Below are positions 38,762 through 51,541 of a stretch of 64,000 bases of DNA, piece by piece. The notes under the pieces are model-generated. The model made no database searches and was not told where the DNA came from. It saw only the letters and a program-made list of their open reading frames with translations. The position numbers and the translations under genes are program-made. Positions within the stretch are counted from its first letter, which is position 1, and the number at the start of each line of letters is the position of its first letter. This stretch comes from Mobula hypostoma (taxonomy: Eukaryota), in NCBI RefSeq assembly GCF_963921235.1, contig NC_086097.1, positions 73,844,001 to 73,908,000 on the forward strand, read 5' to 3'.

Positions 38762-41700
38762 GTAAGTACCTTTCTATTTTATACAAATACTGAATTAAGT
38801 CAATAACAAAGGTCATTATTTGCAACAATACTCTGTTTGTGTGGTGCTGGGCTCAATATTTCAGGTATTAATCTCAGATAACTCAGAAAATTCATCCAAT
38901 AGCTCGAAGGTGGCCAGACAATAGGGCAGTCATGATCAGCCACAGTATGGGGCTAAGGAACTGACCTTGACCAGGATGATGGGGGAATTAGAGTTTATGA
39001 TCATGGAAAGTGAGCCTGAATCTCCATTTACAATGGCTAAGAGGCAAACACAAGAGAAGGATGTTTAACATCAATAAAGCTCATTACAGGGATTGGCGCA
39101 TTCTGTCAAAGCTCGCAGATGAGGGATGGCATGGTGTGCAATGGCTTAGAAAAATTAGTAGTTTGTCAAACATATTACAAGGGGAAAAGTGAACAAGGTT
39201 GTTGAGAGTTTGGATGCGGGAATTGTTGCAGTTGGGAATCAAGAATTAATTGCATTGCTCTTGTAATTTGATTTTCAATTTGGTAGTTCAATAAAATTTC
39301 TCTGAAAATGAGAAAAGATTTAAAAGTTGCTATAAAATAAAAATTACTTTCTATCTTTGTCCATCATGACTTTAATAAAAGAAAACACCTACTATGATAG
39401 TTTATGCACAGTTTCCAAAAGAGATTGATTTTCACTTGACTGACTTTATAGACCAAATTCAAATACAGAGCCAGTAATATGCAACATCTTTTCTCATCTC
39501 TTCTATATTTATCAGTTGCCAATAAATATAATAGCAAAGTTGGCCGTGAACAAGAAGCCCTTTGTGACTATTTAGACGGGCGTTGATCGCAGTACAATTG
39601 GAATTATCTTGGAACTGTTACTGTAAACACAGGTGGAGATCTGCTTTTGTTTCCCATTACGTAGAGGGAGGAAATGGATTTACAGTAGCTCATAACCTAG
39701 TGTTCTCCACCCTGCCTTTTGTCCTTAGCTGGTCAGCCAACAAATGACATGCAGAATTTTTTGGCCAGACAGATCTGTTACAGGCACCAAAATCAGAGGC
39801 GGAACTCTCGAGCTCAGTAGTTCTTCCAGGAATCGTGCCAAATCTAAAAATAAAAATGTTGAAAACATACTGTTTAATAACTAATTGCATTTATTCATAA
39901 AGTGCTACAAATTAATTTCAAATATTATAAAATAGAGAATATCCACAGTTAAAAAAATTGTGCTTCCTGAAAATACTGATTCCATTAACTTTCAAACAGG
40001 GTGAGAGAGAACTTAATCAAAGAAAAGAGCTCTTTGTTTCAGCTGCCTCTAAAAAGAAAACGTATTCAGTCTGGAAAGCTACACGGCACATTGTTTGCAG
40101 CATATGGCAAGCTGGGTTTCACAAACCTCACATCAAACATCTGAAGTACCTAAGGACTGTCCCTTGGAGTATAAATTCCATACATGGCTTGTGCTGTGAA
40201 GAGGGGTCCCTGTGGGGATTGGATTCCTGGTATTAGGGTAAGAAGTGATGTCCCTAAAGATGTGCCCTATGGTCAGTGGAGCACTTAACCCATTGACCAG
40301 GCCCTATATGATTATTCACAAGTTATTGATGTCTCTTGGTCCCTAGCAGATTGTGGAATGTTCACATCTCCTTACTGTCAAAGCATATGGCCACTAATTG
40401 GATGCATTAGAAAGACAATAGCTTTGGCTTCATTGATGCCAAACTAAAAATCTATGGTGAATGACCCAAGACTGATTGTTTTTAATGCATGGTTTGCCTT
40501 CTAGCGAGCGATTATTAATTAGTTCCTACTTTTCTGAAAATTCGATTAAAAGCAAATAGCCACAGTCTTTCACCAGGATTTTTTAAAATATAAACCACAA
40601 ACATAGAATAAAAGTGCAAAATTATTACATATAAACTGCATAATTCCTTAAATAGTGAAATCTAAAAGCAGAAAAAGAATTTTGTTGTTGCTCTATTTGC
40701 AAAGCAATGACTGCCCTGTAAGGAGAGCTGTGGGTAACAGTTTTAATATTGTGTTTTCCCTCTGGAATTATCAGATTTTTTATAATGTAATTTTATAATT
40801 AACATATTGTTAAAATATAATTATTTACTATGGATATTTAAAAATTGCATATATTCAACATTCTCATCTTCCACAAAAAATTAAGCATAAGAAAACTAAA
40901 CCAAAACAATGAATAATTATTAATAGCTGGCTTCCTTCAGAGATGATTGAATCTTGGTGAATTTTCAATAGCACAAAATTAATTGTATCATGTATTTTTA
41001 CTACACTACTATTACAGCCTAACATTGAGCTCTCTTCTGAAGGTTTTTGTGACTTGAACTGATATGTTTATGATTTACTCACTGTGCTCACTGCACTAAA
41101 CACAACATTGCATATGGTTCAGATGCAAACTAATTTCATGGTAAGTTTTGCAGAAGACGTTCAGTTCCCAGGAAACAGGCTCTTGCCAAGAGTAATTGAG
41201 GATCATCCTTAGTTTGAAACATTTTGCCTGAGCAAAAATACATTAATTGTGGTGAATGCTGGTGGCTAAGAGAAATAATAAGACCCAGGATAAGGAATGC
41301 GAGATTTGGAATGTCAGTGTTTTCTGGGTCCTGCATCCCACGAATATTTACTAGAATTATAATGTTGCAAAAATTAAAGCTAGAATCTAAATACTGAGCC
41401 TTTAACAGTCACGAAGTGAAATTTTGTCAGAATTTCCTGCTGTAGCAGCCTGCTTTGGCATAACTTTACATATATTCACTATTTATCTTATGCTGCACCC
41501 TTAGCAATTATGGTAGTCTTTTCTTTTCTGTTTACTTGGGAAAGGCAAGCTTTGTTTAGTTGATTTCAACACCAAAAACAGAGCAAGACCAGCTGATTCA
41601 TAACCCCGAGATGGTGGTATTTAAAGTAATTGGATAAATCAGTTAGTCATAGTCCAAAAAAGCAGTTCCTCTTTCATATTTGGTGACATGTTCTATTATT

Positions 41701-42944
41701 TGTCATTGCACAGCTGGTATCAATGTACATTCGGTAAGAAGATACGGCATGGAAGCCTTCATTTCCTCATCATGTTACTTCTGGCTAGGGGGCACATTTG
41801 GAATTTTGCCTTCTACTGTGGATTTGCAGCTAATTAATTAACTAAAACTAGCAGATTAATACAAATCTTTTGGGGCATGAATGCTTAAATTATTAAACTT
41901 TCAATTATGCACTTGTCTCCATGGGGTATTTAAAAAATTATATTATAAATGTAATTAAGTTTTGCTTCTTGGCAGCAATGATTTATGCAGGTTATTTTAA
42001 AAAGGTCATTTTTTTGTTTTTATTCCATAACAGCTTCTAATATATTATTGGCGATGCTAGTGTTCTGTGCCACACTGATGGAGCCACGCATTTAAGAAGT
42101 ATCGTATCAATGGGCATTTAATCAAATCGTGTGGTTCGTAATGTTATGCTACAACAGAAAATAAAATATAAATAGCACAAACTTAATACAGATAAAAGTC
42201 AATGCAGTACTGTGATGCCAAAGGAGATAAAAATCCCAAATGCAGTATAAAGTAATGCACAGTGGCTACCAATATATCAGTGGAGAAGCTCAAGTGGTCT
42301 TAGAGAACACAGGACACATGGGTGAAAATAGCCTTTCCTGTGGTGTGATTTCTATGTAATTCCAAGTAATTTCACATATGAATCTCCTGAAATCCAATTC
42401 TTGTCTATGCATGGATGAATATATCAATTACTGCTAAATCATCAATTTACTTGGCCACATCCACATCTAAGATGAAGGTGACCTATGGAAATGGAGATTG
42501 GTGCGCTTCCATCACAGTTGAACATCATAGCCTTCATATAAAACTAACTTCATTGTGCTGAGAAAATCACAAGTGTCACCCCATTCTTTGCTGGATCAAC
42601 CTCAACTAATCTTCAAAAACAAAAATGCTCCTTTGAACCACCTCACAGCAAATAAAGATGATGAAAGGCTGCAAATGACTTCATTTGTTCAAGGTGTGGA
42701 AAAGGAAATTGATCAGTGTAGGTCTGTACTGCATACTCTGAAAGCAGTTATAATTTTAATATGACTTAATAGCACTGAATAATTGACTTAATATTTCCGG
42801 TGGAAATAATGTAGGCAACTGAAAATTGAAATTCAATTTATATTCCATTATGAATCTGGAAACAATAAAGTGAATCGGTACAATGCAGAATGGATGGTCT
42901 GATGGCTTCACTGAATAATATTAAATAGGAAGACTACACATGAA

Positions 42945-43250
42945 TAACACACACAAAATGCTGGATGAACTTAGCAGGTCAGGCAACATCTATGGCGGGA
43001 AATACAGTTGATGTTTTGGGTCGAGACCCTTCCTCAGGAATGGAAGTAAAGAGGGCTGAAGCTATACTAAAAGGGTGAGGGGTGGACAACTAGCAGGTGA
43101 TAGGTAAGTTCAAGTGAGAGGGGGAAGACAGGCAGATAGGAGATGGGGGGTGCAAGAGAACAATGTGAGTAACTGGGAGCTGATAGATGGTAGAGACAAA
43201 GGGCTGAGAAAGAAGGAATCTGAAAGGAGAATAAAGGGAAGGAGGTGAAC
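42945..43250 (-). mobile_element. PLE 3' UTR fragment with a degenerate hammerhead
   Basis: aacacacacaaaatgctggatgaacttagcaggtcaggcaacatc..ttttgggtcgagacccttcctcagg, followed by the purine-rich UTR. Confidence 0.8.
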
Positions 43251-43642
43251 AATTGATCATACATGATTGCATTTTTTCTGGAGTTTGCAATTCCAAATAA
43301 CAAATCATCTAGTGAGATTTTAAATCCCATCTTGTAATGGATGTTGAACAGTAATGGTCCCAGACAGCAGAAGAGAAAATCAGAAAGCTGCAAGTTTAAT
43401 CATGGTCACAGTTTCTCATCATCGTCAGTGTGTGTGAACTACTCATGTACAAGCCTTCAACTGCCAGAACCAGGTTCATCAAACCTTGGGGCAACATACG
43501 GCAAAACTGCAAACTCAGCATAGTCGTGCAGAAATTGTGCTTGGGTCATCATCCTTCATTACTTAATGGAGAAGTACTTCAAGATCTAGGGAAGTTTCCA
43601 TCTTCAATTGCCTCACTTGTATTGAAAGCTTTTCATTCAAAT

Positions 43643-46462
43643 CATATAACCGTATAACAATTACAGCACGGAAACAGGCCACCTTGGCCCTTCTGGTCCG
43701 TGCCAAACGCTTAATCTCACCTAGTCCCACCAACCTGCACTCAGCCCATAACCCTCCATTCCTTTCTTGTCCATATACCTATCCAATTTTTCTTTAAATG
43801 ACAATATCAAACCTGCCTTTACCACTTCTACTGGAAGCTCATTCCACACAGCCACCACTCTCTGAGTAAAGAAGTTCCCCCTCATGTTACCCCTAAACTT
43901 CTGCCCCCTAACTCTCAACTCATGTCCTCTTGTTTGAATCTCCCCTACTCTCAATGGAAAAAGCCTATCCATGTCAACTCTATCCCCCTCATAATTTTAA
44001 ATACCTCTATCAAGTCCCCCCTCAACCTTCTATGCTCCAAAGAATAAAGACCTAACCTGTTCAACCTTTCTCTGTAACTCAGGTGCTGAAACCCAGGTAA
44101 CATTCTAGTAAATCTTCTCTGTACTCTCTCTATTTTGTTGACATCTTTCCTATAATTCGGTGACCAGAACTGTACATAATACTCCAAATTTGGCCTTATC
44201 AATGCCTTGTACAATTTTAACATTACATCCCAACTCCTATACTCAATGCTCTGATTTATAAAGGCCAGCATACCAAAAGCTTTCCTCACCACCCTATCCA
44301 CATGAGATTCCACCTTCAGGGAACTATGCATTATTCCTAGATCCCTCTGTTCTACTGCATTCTTCAATGCCCTACCACTTACCATGTATGTCCTATTTTG
44401 ATTAGTCCTACCAAAATATAACACCTCACACTTATCAGCATTAAACTCCATCTGCCATCTTTCAGCCCACTCTTCTAACTGGCCCAAATCTCTCTGCAAG
44501 TTTTGAAACCTGCTTCATTATCCACAACGCCACCTATCATCTGCGTACTTACTAATTCAATTTACCACCTCATCATCCAGAACATTAATGTATATGACAA
44601 ACAACATTGGACCCAGTACAGATCCCTGAGGCACACCACTAGTCACCGGCCTCCAACCTGACAAACAGTTATCCACCACTACTCTCTGGCATCTCCCATC
44701 CAGCCACTGTTGAATCCATTTTACTACTTCAATATTAATACCTAACAATTGAACCTTCCTAACTAACCTTCCATGTGGAACCTTGTCAAAGGCCTTACTG
44801 AAGTCCATATAGACAACATGCACCGCTTTACCCTCATCAACTTTCCTAGTAACCTCTTCAAAAAATTCAATAAGATTTGTCAAATATGACCTTCCACGCA
44901 CAGATCCATGTTGACTGTTCCTAATCAGACCCTGTCTGTCCAGATAATTATATATACCATCTCTAAGAATACTTTACATTAATTTACCCACCACTGACGT
45001 TAAACTTACAGGCCGATAATTGCTAGGTTTACTCTCAGAACCCTTTTCAAACAATGGAACAACATGAGCAATACACCAATCCTCTGGCACCATCCCGGTT
45101 TCTAATGACATTTGAAATATTTCTGTCAGAGCCCCTGCTACTTCTACACTAGGTTCCCTCAAGGTCCAAGGGAATATCCTGTAAGGACCCAGAGACTTAT
45201 CCACTTTTATATTCCTTAAAAGTGATAGTACTTCCTCTTCCTTAATCATCATAGCTTCCATAACTTCCCTACTTGTTTCCCTTACCTTACACAATTCACT
45301 ACCCTTCTCCTTAGTGAATACCGAAGAAAAGAAATTGTTCAAAATCTCCCCCATCTCTTTTGGCTTCACACATAGCTGTCCACTCTGATTCTCTAAGGGA
45401 CCAATTTTATCCCTCACTATCCTTTTGCTATTAATATAACTGTAGAAACCCTCTGGATTTATTTTCACCTTACTTGCCAAAGCAACCTCGCATCTTCTTT
45501 TAGCTTTTCTAATTTCTTTCTTAAGATTCTTTTTACATTCTTTATATTCCTCGAGCACCTCATTTACTCCAAGCTGCCTATATTTATTGTCGATCCCTCT
45601 CTTTTTCCGAACCAAGTTTCCAATATCCCTTGAAAACCATAGCTCTCTCAAACTTTTAACCTTTCCTTTCAACTTAACAGGAACATAAAAATCCTGTACC
45701 CTCAAAATTTCACCTTTAAATGACCTCCATTTCTCTATTACATACTTCCCATAAAACAAATTGTCCCAATCCACTCCTTCTAAATCCTTTCGCATCTCCT
45801 CAAAGTTAGCCTTTCTCCAATCAAAAATCTCAACTCTGGGTCCAGACCTATCCTTCTCCATAATTATATTGAAACTAATGGCATTGTGATCATTGGACCC
45901 GAAGTGCTCCCCAACACATACCTCCATCACCTGAACTATCTCATTTCCTAACAGGAGATCCAACACTGCACCTTCTCTAGTTGGTACCTCTATGTATTGC
46001 TGCAAAAAACTATCCTGCACACATTTTACAAACTCCAAACCATCCAGCCCTTTAATAGTATGGGCTTCCCAGTCTATGTGTGGAAAATTAAAATCTCCCA
46101 TAATCACAACCTTGCGCTTACTACAAATATCTGCTATCTCCTTACAAATTTGCTCCTCCGATTCTCCCTCTCCATTAGGTGGTCTATAATACACCCCTAT
46201 AACCTTTCCCATTCCTGAGTTCCACCCAAATAGCCTCCCTAGACGAGCCCTCTAATCTATCCTGCCAGAGCACCGCTGTAGTATTTTCTCTGACAAGCAA
46301 TGCAACACCTCCCCTCTTGACCCTCTGATTCTACCACACCTGAAGCAACAAAATCCAGGAATATTTAGTTGCCAGTTACACCCCTCCTGCAACCATGTTT
46401 CATTATTTTTCCAGGTATCAATCCATGCTCTAAGCTCATCCATCTTTCTTACAATGCTCCTA
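43643..46462 (-). mobile_element. CR1 LINE, second subfamily, with most of ORF2 (APE endonuclease plus RT), frameshifted
   Basis: ORF 44974-46212 'GVYYRPPN..MGDFNFPHIDW..LDLLLGN..NDHNAISF..NYRPVSLTSVVGK', 44557-44901 '[22 protein letters not shown]', 43951-44499 and 43721-43972; 8-nt repeat tail at 43643. Confidence 0.95.
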
Positions 46463-46569
46463 CTCAGAGTCAGAGGTGCACCAAGTCATGGTTACACAGA
46501 AGGACATGAACTGGCCTTTTCTCTTCCAGGGATAAAACTAAACATACAATAGCCTAGCATGATTGCTGA

Positions 46570-46840
46570 AGTTTTCCCAAGACCAAATAATTTCTATCGA
46601 AGTGTTAATTGTTATGTAGACAAATCTGGCAATCAAAATGCAAACAAGACCTGATGATCTGTTGACTTCTGTAGGGCTGAAGAAATGAGGAATACTGTGG
46701 GATCTTGCACCTCACTTCTGCATTGAGTTAATATCTTGTCTCAAAGCTGATACCCTTGCTGATGCAGTACTAAAATACCAGTTTAGAATATTGCTCAAAA
46801 TTAGAAGTGGGTCTGGAACACGTAACAACCAGACTTAAAC
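46570..46840 (-). mobile_element. Very degenerate Deu-domain SINE
   Basis: Weak reverse-complement similarity to the 35.1-kb SINE (tgtgggatctt..cacct, gatgcagtact, gtgggtctggaac). Confidence 0.35.
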
Positions 46841-47401
46841 AAAATGACCACAATTCTGTCACAAAGACAGCAAGCTCAAATCTTTTGCCTTTCAACTTAC
46901 AAGCTCTAACAATACATTTAGATGTTCACCCTTCTGTTTTCAGTTTTTGGACAGCAGGTTCTGCCATCTACACATGAGATCCATAGGTCATCTGGACCCA
47001 ATTTTTCTTCATTGTCCCGTAACCATACTTGTCCCTGTATTACTTTTTAATCTGCTTTTCCCTGTATTTTTATTTTACTATTGATTTCCAGTACCGGTAA
47101 TATCTGGTTATTTTTAAGCAAAATATTAATATCTCTTAGTTTACAATTACCTTTGCCAAAATAGCAGTTTAAAATTTCAGATTAACAGAACATCCAAAAC
47201 ACTATTTTATTACAATGTGAATAATTATTCATTTTTTCACGATAATCCATTTGCCAACTAACTAATACAGGAGACTGTATATGCTAAAATCTGCAGAATA
47301 CTGAAGGACGTTTAGTGGGTCAGACAGCATCTATGGAGGTAGAGAGATGACAAGATTTCCAGTTTGAGAACTTGCATCAGGAAAAGTACATCACCTTTTA
47401 G

Positions 47402-49555
47402 CTTCTGTCTCTACCTCCACCCTCCCCTTCTGTCTCTGTCTGTACCTCCACCCTCCCCTTCTGACTGTCTGAACCTCAACCCTCCCCTTCTGCCTCTGTC
47501 TGTACCTCCACCCTCCGCTTCTGACTGTCTGTACCTGCACCCCCTCCTTCTGTCTCTGTCTCTATCTCCACCCTCCCCTTCTGACTGTCTGTACCTCCAC
47601 CCTCCCCTTCTGTCTCTGTCTGTACCTCCACCCTCCCCTTCTGTTTCTGTCTCTACCTCCACCCTCCCCTTCTGTCTCTGTCTCTACCTCCACCTTCTGC
47701 TTCTGTCTCTGTCTGTCCATTGACCTTCCCCTTCTGTCTGTCTCTACCTCCACCCACCTCTTCTGTCTCTGTCTGTCCATCCACCCTCCCCTTCTGTCTC
47801 TGTCTGTCCATCGACCTTCCCCTTCTGTCTCTGCCTGTACCTCCACCCTCCCCTTCTGTCTCTGTCTCTACCTCCACCCTCCCCTTCTGTCTCTGTCTCT
47901 ACCCCCACCCACCTCTTCTGTCTCTGTCTGTCCATCCACCCTCCCCTTCTGTCTCTGCCTGTACCTCCACCCTCCCCTTCTGTCTCTGTCTCTACCTCCA
48001 CCCTCCGCTTCTGTCTCTGTCTGTACCTCCACCTTCCCCTTCTGTCTGTCTCTGCCTCCACCCTCCCCTTCTGTTTCTGTCTCTACCTCCACCCTCCCCT
48101 TCTGTTTCTGTCTCTACCTCCACCTTCCGCTTCTGTCTCTGTCTGTACCTCCACCCTCCCCTTCTGTCTGTCTCTACCTCCACCCTCCCCTTCTGTCTGT
48201 CTCTACCTCCACCCACCTCTTCTGTCTCTGCCTGTACCTCCACCCACCTCTTCTGTCTCTGCCTGTACCTCCACCCTCCCCTTCTGTTTCTGTCTCTACC
48301 TCCACCTTCCGCTTCTGTCTCTGTCTGTACCTCCACCCTCCCCTTCTGTCTGTCTGTACCTCCACCCACCCCTTCTGTCTCTGTCTGTCCATCCACCCTC
48401 CCCTTCTGTCTGTCTGTACCTCCACCCTCCCCTTCTGTCTGACTGTACCTCCACCCTCCCCTTCTGTCTCTGTCTCTACCTCCACCCTCCCCTTCTGTCT
48501 GTCTCTCCCTCCTGTCTCTGTCTGTCCATCCACCCTCCCCTTCTGTCTCTGTCTGTACCTCCACCCTCCCCTTCTGTCTCTGTCTGTCCATCGACCTTCC
48601 CCTTCTGTCTCTGTCTCTACCTCCACCCTCCCCTTCTGTCTCTGTCTCTACCTCCACCCTCCCCTTCTGTCTCTGTCTGTACCTCCACCCTCCCCTTCTG
48701 TCTGTCTCTCCCTCCTGTCTCTGTCTGTCCATCCACCCTCCCCTTCTGTCTCTGTCTGTACCTCCACCCTCCCCTTCTGTCTCTGTCTGTCCATCGACCT
48801 TCCCCTTCTGTCTCTGTCTCTACCTCCACCCTCCCCTTCTGTCTCTGTCTCTACCTCCACCCTCCACTTCTGTCTCGGTCTCTACCTCCACCCTCCCCTT
48901 CTGTCTCTGTCTGTCCATCCGCCCTCCCCTTCTGTCTCTGTCTGTCTATCCACCCTCCCCTTCTGTCTGTCTGTACCTCCACCCTCCCCTTCTGTCTCTG
49001 TCTCTACCTCCACCCTCCCCTTCTGTCTGTCTCTCCCTCCTGTCTCTGTCTGTCCATCCACCCTCCCCTTCTGTCTCTGTCTGTACCTCCACCCTCCCCT
49101 GCTGTCTCTGTCTCTACCTCTACCCTCCCCTTCTGTCTCTGTCTGTACCTCCACCCTCCCCTTCTGTCTCTGTCTCTATCTCCACCCTCCCCTTCTGTCT
49201 CTGTCCCTACCTCCACCTTCCGCTTCTGTCTCTGTCTCTACCTCCACCCTCCCCTTCTGTCTCTGTCTGTACCTCCACCCTCCCCTTCTGTCTGTCTGTA
49301 CCTCCACCCTCCCCTTCTGTCTCTGTCTCTACCTCCACCCTCCACTTCTGTCTCAGTCTCTACCTCCACCCTCCCCTTCTGTCTCTGTCTGTCCATCCGC
49401 CCTCCCCTTCTGTCTGTCTCTACCTCCACCCTCCCCTTCTGTCTGTCTGTACCTCCATTCTGTCTGTCTGACTGTACCTCCACCCTCCCCTTCTGTCTCT
49501 GTCTCTACCTCCGCCCTCCCCTTCTGTCTCTGTCTCTACCTCCATCCTCCCCTTC
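47402..49555. repeat. Pyrimidine-rich minisatellite (29/31-bp units, roughly 70 copies)
   Basis: Consensus CTGTCT(CT)GTCT(C/G)TACCTCCACCCTCCCCTT; embedded in old PLE-like sequence (47280-47400 and 49556-49635). Confidence 0.95.
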
Positions 49556-49659
49556 TCCCCACCAGCATGCTGCCAAATGCCCGCCATACCCACTCCTCAC
49601 CTGGTTCTACCTATCAGCTCTCAGCTCCTGCCTTAACTGTTTGTACTAGCTATCTCCTG

Positions 49660-49975
49660 AAGACCAAAAGAGTGAGCCATAAAAATGGAATCATTACTGA
49701 GAAATCCATAAGGGAACTTAGGAGGAAAGTCTTTCTCCAAGGAAAGGCAACAATGTAGAAGTTACTGTGATAAAGTAACTGAGATAAATAGCTTAGATAC
49801 ATTTTGGAAGAAGGTAGATACATCTCTGAGAGAGAAACGAATAGGGCAGCAGATCTCATTAGATCAAAGGGGTTATGTGGAGGCTTGTTTGCAGCTCAAC
49901 ACTAGCATAGTTAAATCCGGCCAAGTGGTCTTTCCTGTGATGTAAGTTCTATGTAATTGCAAGTAATTCCATGTT
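49660..49975 (+). mobile_element. Ancient CR1 3' fragment
   Basis: 'agggaacttaggaggaaagtctttctccaagg' and the tail ttctatgtaatt. Confidence 0.55.
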
Positions 49976-51505
49976 TGAATCTCTGAAATCATCCAATATT
50001 TGTTCCTAGGTCAGTGCTATCTACATTCTTTGTCACAGATTACACATGACAATGGGGTATTGTGGTTCATTCCTTTCGACATTTCTGCAACCTTCAGGCA
50101 ATTTACTACTTAATCTAAAACCTCATTTTCACTGCTGAAAATCAGTGGAACTGCTTTTTTTTTTAAAAAAAAACAGTTTCACTCTTACCTATGGCAAGCA
50201 CACCTGCCATGTCTGTTCTTGCTCTACTAATTCTGTCCTTGGCCCACTCCTTTTCTTCCTGGGGATATCACCAGCAGTAAAAGAGTCAGCTTCCTCATGG
50301 ATATTTATATTGAGTTCTACTTATTAGTCACTCTGATATTGAAAATCTCTTCCAACAATTTGACATTTGCCGACATGATTAATCAGGTTCTACACTGTCA
50401 TTGTGCAACCCGTGTAATACTCTGCTCATAATCAGCAGCCAAACAGAGGTGCAGTGTAGAAACAGACGCTGGCTCAATGGAATGGCACTGACCATCAATG
50501 ACCCATTTACTCTAATCCCACTTTACAGGAAAAGTGGTTTTCTTTCCTCATTGGTGAAACAGAATAATCTTTCAGTTCTTTTGAAGTGATTTAAACATAG
50601 ATGAAAGATTAGGTACTGTTTCACAATTCTGTTTCTTATTCAGTATTATCTAAAGTAATTATTGCAGATTCCTTTCCTCACTGTTAACTAAAAATTCAAA
50701 TGGTTCATGCAAAAAAAGACAATGAGGCATTCTTTGGCTATAAAGACAACTTTGTAGGTAAAATTCTTATATTTTTCATGTCAGTTTTGTTTATTTATGA
50801 AATAGTGTCATCTGTTGAAGGCTGTGAAGCACTAAGTATTCAAAAGAAAGAGACAGTTCTGGAGACAGCTTACCTACTGATCTCTATTATAAACTCTCAC
50901 AGCTACCTAGACTACACCTCTTCCCACCCTGTTACTTGTAGAAACGTCATCCCTTTCTCTTAATTCCTCCGTCTGCGCCGCATCTGCTCTCAGGATGAGG
51001 CTTTTCATTCCGGAACGAAGAAGATGTGCTCTTTTCAAAGAAAGGGGCTTCCCTTCCTCCAGCATCAGCATCAGCCTCAACTGCATTTCTTCCATTTCAT
51101 GCACATCTCCTGATCCTCTCGCCACCTACCAGGGAATGGGTTCCTCTTGTCCTCACCTACCACCCCACCAGCCTCCGCGTCCAGCACATAATTCTCCGTA
51201 ACCTCTGCCATTTCCAATGGATCCCACCACCAAGCACATCTTTCCCTCCCCCTCACTTTCTGCTTTCCACAGGAATCGCTCCCTATGCAACTCCCTTGAC
51301 CATTCGTCTCTCCCCACTGATCTCCCTCCTGGCACTTATCCTTGCAAGTGGAACAAGTGCTTCACCTGACCTTATACCTCCTCCCTCACTACCATCCAGG
51401 GCTCTAAACAGTTCTTCCAGGTGAGGTGACACTTCACCTCTGACAACACACATAAAAGTTGCTGGTGAACGCAGCAGGCCAGGCAGCATCTCTAGGAAGA
51501 GGTGC

Positions 51506-51541
51506 AGTCGACGTTTCAGGCCGAGACCCTTCGTCAGGACT
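51506..51541 (-). ncRNA. Minimal type I hammerhead ribozyme, intact core
   Basis: Minus strand AGTC-CTGACGA-AGGGTCTCGGCCT-GAAA-CGTC-GACT. Confidence 0.75.

Noticed and set aside
47364..49483. Many overlapping ORFs (ETETEGEGGG, LYLHPPLLSLS)
   Set aside because: They are translations of the minisatellite, which lacks stop codons in several frames; there is no protein evidence
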